Shown here: positions 38,746-48,573 of the stretch, in pieces
Layout: the number at the start of each line of letters is the position of its first letter
Numbering within the stretch: position 1 is the stretch's first letter
DNA from: Candidatus Bathyarchaeia archaeon
GTDB lineage: Archaea; Thermoproteota; Bathyarchaeia; Bathyarchaeales; Bathycorpusculaceae
Reading direction: 5' to 3'
DNA: 48,949 bases
Assembly (NCBI GenBank): GCA_049970895.1
Contig: JBMFMB010000011.1
Span: forward strand, 1 to 48,949
The notes under the pieces: generated by a model
The model's input: only the letters and a program-made list of their open reading frames with translations
The model's database searches: none
Told to the model about the DNA's origin: nothing
Position numbers and translations under genes: made by a program

Positions 38746-39147
38746 TTAAACTGTCTTTGGTGCAAGCCAGTCAATCAACTTTCTCGGATCATCACATTTA
38801 ATCTTAACCTTTATTGGTCCTAGGGGTGACTCTGCGACAGCCTTTGAAAAGGACACATGCCCAGCGAAAGCCACCTGCTTATTCAAGTAGAAGGTTATGG
38901 TTTTTTCGCCTAATCCTTCGAGGAGGGCTCCTCTTGCGGCATCGCGGATGCGTTCTCTGCGCAGTAAGTTGTAAAGCTTTGTTAGGGACTCTAACCCTTT
39001 CGCGTCTGCTGTGAGGAGGCTTCCTTTCTTAAGCTGCCTTATTTGGGTTGGTATACCGCCAAAAATGTTTTCCACAGCCCTCCGCACTTTTTCTTCGGAT
39101 TCTGTTGGGTTTATCTCCACTTCCACGTGGACTTCTACTTCATCCAT
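38746..39147 (-). CDS. DUF54/UPF0201 family protein
   Basis: PTE..EKV..A..N, I.DAAR, LNKQ.A, PLGPI, WLAP. Confidence 0.9.
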   Translation of the reverse strand: MDEVEVHVEVEINPTESEEKVRRAVENIFGGIPTQIRQLKKGSLLTADAKGLESLTKLYNLLRRERIRDAARGALLEGLGEKTITFYLNKQVAFAGHVSFSKAVAESPLGPIKVKIKCDDPRKLIDWLAPKTV

Positions 39148-39701
39148 TTCTCCTCAATCCTCTTCAAAATCGTTGCAGCCTGCCTTTTGGCTGCTTCTAG
39201 GCTTCCCTCATTAACTATCATGTGTTCAGCCATGGCTATGGCATTCCCCAGTCCAACGCTTAATTCGCGCATGTCCCGCTCATGGAAAATCTCCCAACTC
39301 TTTGGGTCGTCGCTTCTCTGCCTATGGAAAAGCCTCTTAAACCTTGTTTCGGACGAGGCGTGAACAGCAACCAACGTGAACTTTTTGAAGTACCTTTTAA
39401 ACTCCTCAACTTCAGCAAGGCTTCTTATGCCGTCAACAATAATTTTGCCTTCAGCCTTCGCCAAAATCTTTGGGACGCACCTTCTTGCTATGGCAGTTTC
39501 CCCCTCCAACTTTCTTAGCTCAAGCATTATACGCCCAAGGTTTTCAGGGGTTGGCTCCAAACCCCTCCGTCGGGCTTCATCTCGAACCTCATCGCCCATA
39601 ACGATGACTCCGTAGCCATTAGCCCTTGCAACATTAACAACAACGGATTTGCCAGCTCCAGGCATTCCAGCCAAGCCTACAACCAACTTTTCAACAGCCA
39701 T
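39135..39701 (-). CDS. Archaeal dephospho-CoA kinase-like P-loop kinase (COG0237)
   Basis: GMPGAGKS, MGD.VR, DGIRS..E, R.R.DD, RD..EL..G. Confidence 0.88.
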   Translation of the reverse strand: MAVEKLVVGLAGMPGAGKSVVVNVARANGYGVIVMGDEVRDEARRRGLEPTPENLGRIMLELRKLEGETAIARRCVPKILAKAEGKIIVDGIRSLAEVEEFKRYFKKFTLVAVHASSETRFKRLFHRQRSDDPKSWEIFHERDMRELSVGLGNAIAMAEHMIVNEGSLEAAKRQAATILKRIEEKWMK

Positions 39702-41009
39702 TCCACAATCTTCCTTCTTGCGCCTGCCCATGTTCTATTAGCAATATTCTTTCGAACGTTAAAAGTGTTTTAGTGGCAAACCACCAACAAAGACTTCAGC
39801 AGTCTTTAGTTAAACGTAATACGTATTATGCCATTGATGTTTTTGTGTGAAGATAAAGGCGAAAATGAATTAGACATAATCCTAAAGCGGCGACGTAACC
39901 CTTATATGGCTGAAAGCCGCTTCAAAATACTTTTGGCTACATTACGTTAAGCTATTGACGTGATGCAACTCCCCATCATCATGGTGGTGGAGTGAAGGGC
40001 GAGTGAGCCTAAAGCTCATAATGAAGCCATGCATAGGCCCATTGTAAACGCCAATCACAGCCAACGTTAAACAGACACCGCAAAATGCCCGACATGCCAC
40101 GCCGTCTGGGGGATGGCTCGGCTTGAGCGCCGAAGAAGGGCGCGGCCAGCCGCGATAGAGCCCCGGGTAAGCGTATGCAGCTTTAGAACCGGGGATCCCC
40201 GAATGGGACCTCCTACTGCAGGCTCCTTCGGGGGTCTGCGGTGCTCCCGGCAGGGAGCGGGAACCCCCCGAACGGAAGCATCTTAGTAGGGGGAGGAAAA
40301 GAAACCAAAACGGGATTCCCTAAGTAGCAGCGAGCGAAAGGGGAAGAGTCCAAACCAAACCCCATGGGGATAACTCATGGGGGATGTAGGGTTATGGGCT
40401 CGGCTCCTCCTCGCCGGTTAAGCCGAAGTGGCCTGGAACGGCCCGCCATAGAGGGTGAAAGCCCCGTAGGCGTAAGCCGGAAGGAGTTGTGCCGGTGTCC
40501 CAGAGTACCGTACCCTGGCTTGGGTGCGGGAAGTTGGGAGTCACCAACTTCCAAGACTAAATACGTCTCAAGACCGATAGCGCACTAGTACGGTGACGGA
40601 AAGCTGAAAAGTACCCCGGGAGGGGGGTGAAAAGCGCCTGAAACCAGACGGTTACAGACGTGTGCAGCCCGGAAGGGTAGATCCCTCCCAAAGGAAACCG
40701 CCGCGAGGCGAGAGTACGAGGGAGGGGGACCAGGGTTGCACGTTCCGTCTAGAAACACGGGCCGGGGAGTTCACGGCTGTGGCAAGCCTAAGGGTTTTAA
40801 GCCCGTAGGCGTAGGGAAACCGACATGCGCGCAGCTGGGCTTTTGTCCAGCGAGGCGCGGAGTCTGAAAGGGCTTGGAGTCACGGCCGTGAAGCTAGAAA
40901 CCGGGCGATCTAGCCCTGGGCAGGGCGAAGCCAGGCGAAAGCCTGGTGGAGGCCCGAAAGGGTGCTGACGTGCAATTCGTTCCCCAGACCTGGGGCTAGG
41001 GGCTAAAGA

Positions 41010-41044
<35 letters not shown>

Positions 41045-42145
41045 GTGGGTCGCAGCCCAGCCCCGGGCGAGGCGGCCGGTGGGGTAGAGCACTGATTGGA
41101 AGGCCAAGGGGCCGAAAGGCTCCACCTTCCTTTCAAACTCCGAATCCATCGGCGCCATAGACCCCGGGAGGCGGGTTACGGGGGGTAAGCTCCCGGACCG
41201 AGAGGGGGACAACCCAGACTGAGGTTAAGGCCCCAAAGTGCTGGCTAAACGTCAAACAGAAGGGCGTCGTCAGCCTTAGACAGCGGGGAGGTAGGCTTAG
41301 AAGCAGCCATCCTTTAAAGAGTGCGTAACAGCTCACCCGCCGAGGCTGACGGCCCCGAAAATGGACGGGACTAAGCCAGCCGCCGATACCTCAGGGCGCA
41401 GTGTAACACTGCGTCGGTAGGAGGGCGTCCCGGCTGGGTAGAAGCTGGGCCGTGAGGTCCAGTGGACCGGCCGGGAGTGCAGATCCCGGTGGTAGTAACA
41501 GCAAAGAGGGGTGAGAATCCCCTCCGCCGAAGGGGCCAGGGTTCCCCGGCAACGGTCGTCAGCCGGGGGTAAGCCGGTCCTAAGGCGTGGCTTAACCGAC
41601 CACGCCGAAAGGGAAGCCGGTTAAAATTCCGGCGCCACGGAGGTACGATTGCGGCGACGCAGGCCCAACGCCTGACGCTTCGGGGTAGGCTGAGCAAGGC
41701 TGTCGCCTTGTTTAACCGTATAAGCCTGGGGAGTGCTGTAATGGCGAGAACCAGGTGAAGGCGGGAATAGCCGCCCGTTTTAGGGCGGTTCAGCCGATCC
41801 CTGGAGCCAGTGAAAAGGGCGTTGGGAAGGATCCTCCGTGACCGTACCTAGAACCGACACAGGTGCCCCTAGGCGAGAAACCTAAGGCGTGTCGGGGGTA
41901 AGCCAGGGCGAGGGAACTCGGCAAATTAGCCCCGTACCTTCGGTAGAAGGGGTGCCTGCTGTCTTGGCCTTGTGCTGGGACAGCAGGTCGCAGTGGCAAG
42001 GGGGTCCCGACTGTTTAATAAAAACACAGGGAGCCGCAAGCCCGAAAGGGTGTGAACGGCTCCTGAATCCTGGCCAGTACAGGTACCTGAAACCCGGGTT
42101 CAACCGGGCTAAGGGCCTGCAAACGCCGGGAGTAACTCTGACTCT

Positions 42146-42908
42146 CAATGAAGGGAGTCATTAAACCCGGCTATATGCGGGGAAGGGGAAGCGGCCGGCC
42201 TCCCAAGTAGGGAAGAATGGTCGGCTGTATGCCTCTGACCCGCAGGGAACACCCGCCTTCAAATGGCTTAAAAGCAGTTGCCACCAAACTAACAGTGGTG
42301 GGACAACATGCTCAACGAGTTCAAAGACATAATAGATCCAAAAATGCTGCCAAGTAGGAGGAAGTACCTCCATTACTACATAGTGGGCCTCGTGGACGGC
42401 GAGGGATGCTTCTCCATATCAATTAAAAAACAGGACGACACAAAGTTTGGATGGGTCATCGACCCAGTGTTCCATGTGACACAAAGCAAAGAACACGGAG
42501 TGGTTCTTGAAATCCTCAAAAGGGTTTTCAACTGCGGTCGTATCATTCCAAAGCCTGGACAAGAAGAGACAACACTTCAATACGTCGTGGACGCGCGGAG
42601 AAACCTTGCAGAGAAAATAATACCATTCTTCAAGAAGCATAAGCCCATCATAAAATGGAGGGAATTCCAATACTTCGCTGAAATAGTTGAAGGGTTGGAG
42701 AAGGGCGAACACAGAAGCCTTGAAGGTTTCAAGAAACTTTTAGGAAGAGCCTATGAGGCTTCCTTTGAAAGGAAATATAAGCTCAGTGACATCCTCTCCG
42801 AACTGGAAAGGCGGGTGGACGCCTCAGAGACCATACGCCGGGCGCCGTAGAGGGATTTTGAAGATGACCTTGTAGGCGAAGATATGGTCCAACCCCTGTT
42901 TGGGGTTG
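42146..42908 (+). ncRNA. Group I intron at LSU position 1923 (E. coli numbering)
   Basis: The exon GACTCT pairs with the IGS GGAGTC via a U:G wobble. P3 CCCGGC/GCCGGG, P4 TGCGGG/CCCGCA, P7 GACCA/TGGTC with AGAGAC and AAGATA contexts, P9 hairpin and terminal G are present. Confidence 0.93.
42308..42850 (+). CDS. Single-motif LAGLIDADG homing endonuclease
   Basis: YIVGLVDGEGCF, F.VTQ, F.CG.I, IIPFF.K. Confidence 0.95.
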   Translation: MLNEFKDIIDPKMLPSRRKYLHYYIVGLVDGEGCFSISIKKQDDTKFGWVIDPVFHVTQSKEHGVVLEILKRVFNCGRIIPKPGQEETTLQYVVDARRNLAEKIIPFFKKHKPIIKWREFQYFAEIVEGLEKGEHRSLEGFKKLLGRAYEASFERKYKLSDILSELERRVDASETIRRAP

Positions 42909-43548
42909 CTCAAGGTAGCCAAATGCCTTGTCGGGTAAGTTCCGACGTGCATGAATGGATCAACGAGGGCCCCGCTGTCCCCGCCTGGCACCCGGTGAAC
43001 CCACGTAACGTGGACGAACAGTCCACGAACTCCCAGCGGGAAAAGAAGACCCCGTGGAGCTTTACTGCAGCCTGCCGCTGGAACATGGCTGCGGATGCAG
43101 AGCGTAGACGGGAGCCGTCGATCCCGGCTTCTCCGGGAGCCGGGGGAGGCGCCAATGGAACACCGTCCTTCCGCAACCGTGTTTCTCACCGGCGCCTTCG
43201 GGCGCTGGAACAACGGCAGGTGGGCAGTTTGGCTGGGGCGGCACGCCCTTGAAAAGATATCAAGGGCGCCCTAAGGTCGGCTCAGACGGGACAGAAACCC
43301 GTCGTAGAGTGCAAGGGCAAAAGCCGGCCTGACTGGATCCTCCAAAGTGAGGGATCCAGGGGCGAAAGCCGGGCCTAGCGATCATCCATGTCCCCCTTGG
43401 TGGGGGCTGGATGTGTCAGAAAAGTTACCCCGGGGATAACAGGCTCGTCGCGGGCGAGAGTCCCCATCGACCCCGCGGCTTGGTACCTCGATGTCGGCTC
43501 TTCCCATCCTGGCCCTGCATAAGGGGCCAAGGGTGAGGCTGCTCGCCT

Positions 43549-43596
<48 letters not shown>

Positions 43597-44113
43597 ACTT
43601 TATCTGCTGGGAGTGTTGGCTGCCTGAGGGGAAAGGGTCCCTAGTACGAGAGGAACGGGACGCTGTGGCCTCTAGTTTACCGGTTGTCCGACAGGGCAGA
43701 CGCCGGGCAGCCACGCCGCCGGGGATAAGGGCTGAAAGCATCTAAGCCCGAAGCCCCTCCCGAAAATAGGCAGCCAATCCCCATAAAATGGCGGGCTGGC
43801 AACAGCCCATGCCATAAGGGGACGAGGGCTCCCGTAGAAGACGGGTTTGATGGAGCCGGGGTGTACGCTGGAAGGCTTCGGCCGACCAGCTCAGCCCGCG
43901 GCCCCCAACCGCCCGAGATGTCGGGCGCATAAAGCGGTGTCTGGACGAAAATGGCTGTAGAGTAGGCGTTTAAAATGGGCCTATGCATGGCTTAAGCGTT
44001 TTTAAATGTCAATTTTGCCTTAGGCGTGTGTCAGCAAAATTGCCTAGCCCTCTAGATTTTGTCGTGGAGAAAAGGTTAAGTTTGTAGGGATTAGTTTGTA
44101 TGTGAGGATGTTT

Positions 44114-44326
44114 ATGTCTAGTGGTGTGTTGGAGGAAGTTTTGAAAGAAGTTAGGCTTGTTCGTGAGAAAGTGGAGAGGTTAGAGGAGATTGTTGAGGAG
44201 AGACTTATTGGAGTTGAGGAGCCCTTGGGCGATGAGGTTAAGGCAATTAACGCTTATATGAAGGCTAAGGAGAAAAGGCGAGCTGAGTTTGTGCCTTTGG
44301 AGGATTTTGAGAAGAAGGAGAAATAG
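44114..44326 (+). CDS. Putative antitoxin of a RelE/ParE pair
   Basis: Small acidic coiled-coil protein ending EFVPLED, directly upstream of a RelE-like gene. Confidence 0.75.
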   Translation: MSSGVLEEVLKEVRLVREKVERLEEIVEERLIGVEEPLGDEVKAINAYMKAKEKRRAEFVPLEDFEKKEK

Positions 44327-44611
44327 CTGTCTTGCGCGAAATATCGCGTGTTCTTGGAGAGGAAGGCTTCTAAGCAGCTTGAAAAACTCGACAGGGATGT
44401 TCGCGATAGGATTGTTGAGGCTTTGCATGTTTTGAGGGATGAGGAATTTTAAGCTGCTTAGAAGCCTTCACGGAAGCTTGACATCGTGAAGCTGCGAGGT
44501 TACAAGAACCATTATAGGTTTCGTGTGGGCAAATATAGGATTTTATTTGAGTTAGAGGCTGAAAGAACAATAATTGTTTACGCTGTGTTGCCAAGAAAAA
44601 CCGCCTACTAG
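44327..44611 (+). pseudogene. RelE/ParE toxin with two in-frame stops inside an 18-nt insertion
   Basis: CTG after AAGGAG; YRVFLERKASKQLEKL...DEEF*AA*KPSRKLDIVKLRGYKNHYRFRVGKYRILFE...PRKTAY. Confidence 0.85.
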
Positions 44612-44944
44612 CCTCTAGGTTTTAGTTGGTTTTCTGTGACTGTCAAGTTTATTTTGTTCACCATTGTTGGGTATTTAATGTGCAAAATTGCTAATAAATT
44701 TGGCTGTGTTTTGACGGGAGTCATATTTGTGCTTGCCAAAAAGCCACAAAACACTATCCCTCTATAGATTTTTATGGCGCAAAATATTTCATTCTTTGGC
44801 TTTATGATGTTTGCGATAATCACTAATCATGCGTTCTACCTCCTCTAACGTTCTTGCCCTACCTAGCTTTCTGCGGTATTTCTCATCTGAATAAACTTCT
44901 GTAGGCACATTAGAATGGGTAACCGTAGATGTTGCCATACGTTT

Positions 44945-45162
44945 AGATTCCTTTCTTTTGTAATCTGTAACTGTAACTTTTTCTTTTGGCAGATGCAGCT
45001 AACATTATTTTAATTTGGTAACTTCCCAACGGCGTTCTGGACGACGCGTCTGGACAATTATGATTTTTCCGGGAGTCTATGCTCTAAACAAAAATAATGT
45101 CCACAAAATTTACATCTGAAGGGAAGCTCCGCCTCCTTTCCACAATGCTCACACTTCGTCAT
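44945..45162 (-). pseudogene. AN1-type zinc finger protein, frameshifted
   Basis: MTKCEHCGKEAELPFRCKFCGHYFCLEHRLPE, then a shift in an A5 run into NHNCP. Confidence 0.75.
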
Positions 45163-45434
45163 CAGCCATCAGAACAAAATTTGCTTTCTGTAAATTAAAT
45201 AGGTTTTGCCTTTTTCCATCTATGACTTGCTTATTTTATAGGCAATTAAAATTTCTATACGTGAATCAAGAAGTGCCAGTGCCAATCAAGTAATTATGCC
45301 GGATGATTAATTGGATAACCGACCAAAAGCAATATTTACCGCCGAGAATCCATTAACACCGAGACACTGTAGGCTATGACTTTAAAATGCTTCTACATCT
45401 AAACCAATTTTATCCCTCTTGTAACTTCACCAAT

Positions 45435-45773
45435 TTACTTAACTAATTCCATCCTAAATTCTTTCTTCACCGACTTTATGTTCTTGAAGTGCTCATCTGC
45501 CGTCATAATTGTTAGGCCTCTTCTTGTGCATATGGCGGCTATTAGAATGTCTATGGCTGGTGCTGGTTTGCCCCTCTTCAGCAGTAGAGCTGAAATCTTT
45601 AGGGCTTCGTCGTAGTCTTCAACGTTTGGGTATATGACGCCTAAACCCCTGAATTCTAGGGCTTTTGGAAATTCGATGATGTTTAGGATTGTTGTGAAGC
45701 CCTTAATGTCGCGTTTTCCGCTTTTAAGGAGGTTTATGAGCGCGCTTGTGTCGTAAACTGAAGCCTCCTCCAT
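45435..45773 (-). CDS. vapC: PIN domain toxin (VapC)
   Basis: YDTSAL, IEFP, DILIAA, TADEHF. Confidence 0.9.
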   Translation of the reverse strand: MEEASVYDTSALINLLKSGKRDIKGFTTILNIIEFPKALEFRGLGVIYPNVEDYDEALKISALLLKRGKPAPAIDILIAAICTRRGLTIMTADEHFKNIKSVKKEFRMELVK

Positions 45774-46018
45774 TCAGCCTCCCTAACCCTCTCATAATGC
45801 TTTAAGGCTTTTTCTAGGTTTACCGTGCTTAGGTCAAGGCTTGACTCCTTCAAAATTTCGGCAAGCCTCTCGGATGGGACTACGCCTTTCTCCATAGCTT
45901 CAAGGCGCCAAACATAATCAGCCAAAGCCTTCCTAACAACCTCGCTCCACCGGACCTCAGAATACTTCTTCATCTTCCTATACAGCTCTTCTGGAATCGA
46001 AACTGTAATATTGACCAT
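45734..46018 (-). CDS. RHH antitoxin
   Basis: NITVSIPEELYRKMKKY.EV.WSEV.R. Confidence 0.85.
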   Translation of the reverse strand: MVNITVSIPEELYRKMKKYSEVRWSEVVRKALADYVWRLEAMEKGVVPSERLAEILKESSLDLSTVNLEKALKHYERVREAEWRRLQFTTQARS

Positions 46019-46029
46019 ATGTTTTTTTA

Positions 46030-46041
46030 TGTGAAATCACA
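46030..46041. promoter_or_regulatory. TGTGA-AA-TCACA inverted repeat, probable TA autoregulatory operator
   Basis: 11 nt upstream of the antitoxin ATG, next to a TTAAA TATA-like element on the minus strand. Confidence 0.55.
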
Positions 46042-46129
46042 GATTTAAGGATTTTCACAGAAAACTTTACAAGCAAGCTCCAGCAAAAACCTAATGAAAG
46101 TCATTTAAAAGCGAGGCAATCCATAAGCC

Positions 46130-46984
46130 TTGAGCCTAATAACTTGGTTTGATCCTTGGCGTTCGCCCCTTTGCACTTGTCCGCCTAAGCTTACTTTTAA
46201 CCCCTACACTGGATGCGACCACAAATGTGTCTACTGCTATGCTTCCAGTTATATACCGCGCTTTTACGAGTGCCGCCCCAAAAAGGACTTGCTAAAACGG
46301 CTGGAGCGAGAGGCAGCCAAGCTTAGGGGCGAACTAATCTCTATTGCGAATTCTTCAGATCCCTATCCGACGGTTGAAGCTGAGATGGGGTTGACGAGGC
46401 GCTGCCTAGAAATCCTAACGCGTCATAACTGCAGAATACAGCTTATCACAAAGTCGGATATTGTTTTGAGGGACATAGACCTTTTAAGGCGTGTGCCCTC
46501 CATGGTGGCGATAACGATAACGACGGATGATGAGGAAAAAGCCAAAATTTTGGAGCCGAATGCGCCGCCGCCCGCCGAACGCCTAAAAGCTGCTGAGAGG
46601 CTTATTGCCAGCGGCGTGCCTGTTGCCATACGCATAGACCCAATAATCCCTTATGTGAATGAGAATCCAGAAGCCCTTGTAGAGGCTGTAGCCCATATAG
46701 GCGTTAGGCACATAACAGCTTCAACATACAAGGTTAAGGCGGACAACTGGCAGCGGTTAAGCCTAGCCATGCCAAAAACAACGGAAAAACTTAAGCCCCT
46801 CTACTTTGAAAAGGGCGAGAAAATTGGGTGGTATATTTACATGCCGAAAACCGTGCGGTTAAAGCTTATGGAAGGCTTGGCGAGGCTAGCCAAAAAGTAT
46901 GGCTTAAAGTTCGCCACATGCCGTGAAGGCTTAAAAGGCTTGAACACGGCGACATGTGATGGCTCATGGCTGATAAAGGGATAA
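46130..46984 (+). CDS. Radical SAM protein (spore photoproduct lyase-like, COG1533)
   Basis: NPYTGCDHKCVYCYA, SDPYP, TKS, RIDPIIP. Confidence 0.9.
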   Translation: MSLITWFDPWRSPLCTCPPKLTFNPYTGCDHKCVYCYASSYIPRFYECRPKKDLLKRLEREAAKLRGELISIANSSDPYPTVEAEMGLTRRCLEILTRHNCRIQLITKSDIVLRDIDLLRRVPSMVAITITTDDEEKAKILEPNAPPPAERLKAAERLIASGVPVAIRIDPIIPYVNENPEALVEAVAHIGVRHITASTYKVKADNWQRLSLAMPKTTEKLKPLYFEKGEKIGWYIYMPKTVRLKLMEGLARLAKKYGLKFATCREGLKGLNTATCDGSWLIKG

Positions 46985-46997
46985 GGTGCCTTAACGC

Positions 46998-47437
46998 TTA
47001 CCAGAATCCGCCCTTTGAGGTTAGCTTAACCTCAGCTGTTAGGGAGCCCAAACCAGCCGTTGCAAAGGTGAGGTTGTAGCGTCCGCTAGAAAGCCTAACC
47101 CACTCGCTTGTGTAGGTTGTCTGTCCGCTCTGTGATGTGGTGTGGCTCCACAAAGTGGTTTCGCCGCTTAAAATTTTAGCCGTCCATATGGCGTTGCCGC
47201 TCTGAACGTGGACCTCCACCTTCACGTATTCGTGGAGAAATGGGACTTCAAATTCTTCACTCCTAACATCGCGCCTATAGTGAAGGAAACAGTGAAGCTG
47301 ACCAAAACCCGTGGGCATGTAAGCGCAAAATAGGCAGCAAATAGCACAGCGACAAGTGCCACTGTTATTCCCAGAATTGCCTTGGTCTTGGTCTTAACCA
47401 CGATTTTAACCTTCTTATTCAGATTCGGAATATTCAC
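46998..47437 (-). pseudogene. Membrane-anchored hypothetical protein, single frameshift near 47270
   Basis: A signal/TM frame (...SFTIGA) joins a beta-rich frame (DVRSEEFEVPF...GGFW). Confidence 0.6.
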
Positions 47438-47566
47438 TTGTTATTGGGAAGGACCATTTCTGGATTGTGAAGGCTGAATTAAGATTAGCCCGAAACAAGC
47501 CACTCGCCATGAAACTTATGGCAAACCTTAAATCGTGTCCGAACAAGACCCCAGAGCTGTGGATGA

Positions 47567-47953
47567 ATGTCCAAACCAAAAGATAAAGATGAGGAAATAC
47601 TGCAAGTCTTGAAAGAGATAAAGGCCCTTTTAGAACCTAAACCAGCCCCGCCACCTTCGCCACCAAAGAGGGGCTTATGGAACGAGTTTATAGACTTCAT
47701 ATCAAAATACAAGGTTATGGGAATGGCTGTAGCCTTCATCCTCGGCTTATACCTGGGCACATTGGTCCAGGCACTTGTAAACGACCTAATCATGCCAATA
47801 ATAACGCCGGCACTGCCAGGTGTGGAGTGGGAAGCCTCTGTGCTTGGACCTTTCCGCATAGGCCACTTCGTAGGCGCCCTGATAACATTTCTCATAATAG
47901 CCTTCGTAGTCTTCTTGATAGTTAAGATAACCAAAAAATGGGGAATTGAGTAG
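47567..47953 (+). CDS. mscL: Large-conductance mechanosensitive channel family
   Basis: EF.DF, V.GMAVAFILG, LVNDLIMPII, G.F..ALITFLIIAFVVFLIVK. Confidence 0.9.
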   Translation: MSKPKDKDEEILQVLKEIKALLEPKPAPPPSPPKRGLWNEFIDFISKYKVMGMAVAFILGLYLGTLVQALVNDLIMPIITPALPGVEWEASVLGPFRIGHFVGALITFLIIAFVVFLIVKITKKWGIE

Positions 47954-48008
47954 GCAAGCGTTATAAAAAGCGAAATCTACTTTACGATTTCCACGAGGTG
48001 CGACTGTT

Positions 48009-48573
48009 ATGGTTTATCCTCAATGTGTCAAGTGTTCAAGCTTCTACTGCAGTCGTATGCCATTGGAAGAGGTTAATGACAAGTTGCTTCCAAGCTTTTG
48101 CCCATGAAAACCAGCAGAGAAATCATAAAATCAGCCGTTACAATGTATGAAGAAGAGCATGTAAAGAGAATTTACGTTCCAGCCACCCATAACAGAGAAA
48201 GAAGCCTACGAAAACGTTAGGGGCGCCTTTATGGCTGTCCGCCCAAGAATTAAGGAGATTATAGAATTTGCCAAGCTCATCCATGCCAAAAACACTTGGG
48301 ATAGCCTTCTGCGCTAGGCTTCAAGACATGCATCCAAAACGGTGACTTTTCTCGAAGAGCATGCTTCACGGTGGCCTCTGTAAGATGCAAATGCGGTGCC
48401 ATCAGTAAGACGGAACTTGGCGTAGCCAAGGAATACAAGATTGGCAGCCCATAGTTCAAGCCCGAATACTTAACGAGGCTGAAACAGAAATAAACATTAT
48501 AGTAAGCTTATGCGTTGGACACGATATGCTCTTCACAAAGTTTTCAAAGGCTCCGGTGACAACCCTAATAGTG
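48009..48573 (+). pseudogene. DUF1847 family metal-binding protein, multiply frameshifted and 3'-truncated
   Basis: Fragments RPRIKEIIEFAK, LGIAFC, SVRCKCGA, LCVGHDMLF..FS.APVTTLIV. Confidence 0.8.

Noticed and set aside
629-39615. Antisense shadow ORFs opposite well-supported genes (e.g. 2512-3111, 9392-9928, 15901-16398)
   Set aside because: Typical reverse-frame artefacts lacking motifs.
42140-42915. BHB-type archaeal intron interpretation
   Set aside because: The intron ends do not pair into a BHB motif, whereas the group I P1/P3/P4/P7 elements and terminal G are all present.
44608-44823. 71-aa minus-strand ORF
   Set aside because: No recognisable motif; probably the decayed tail of the AN1-finger locus.
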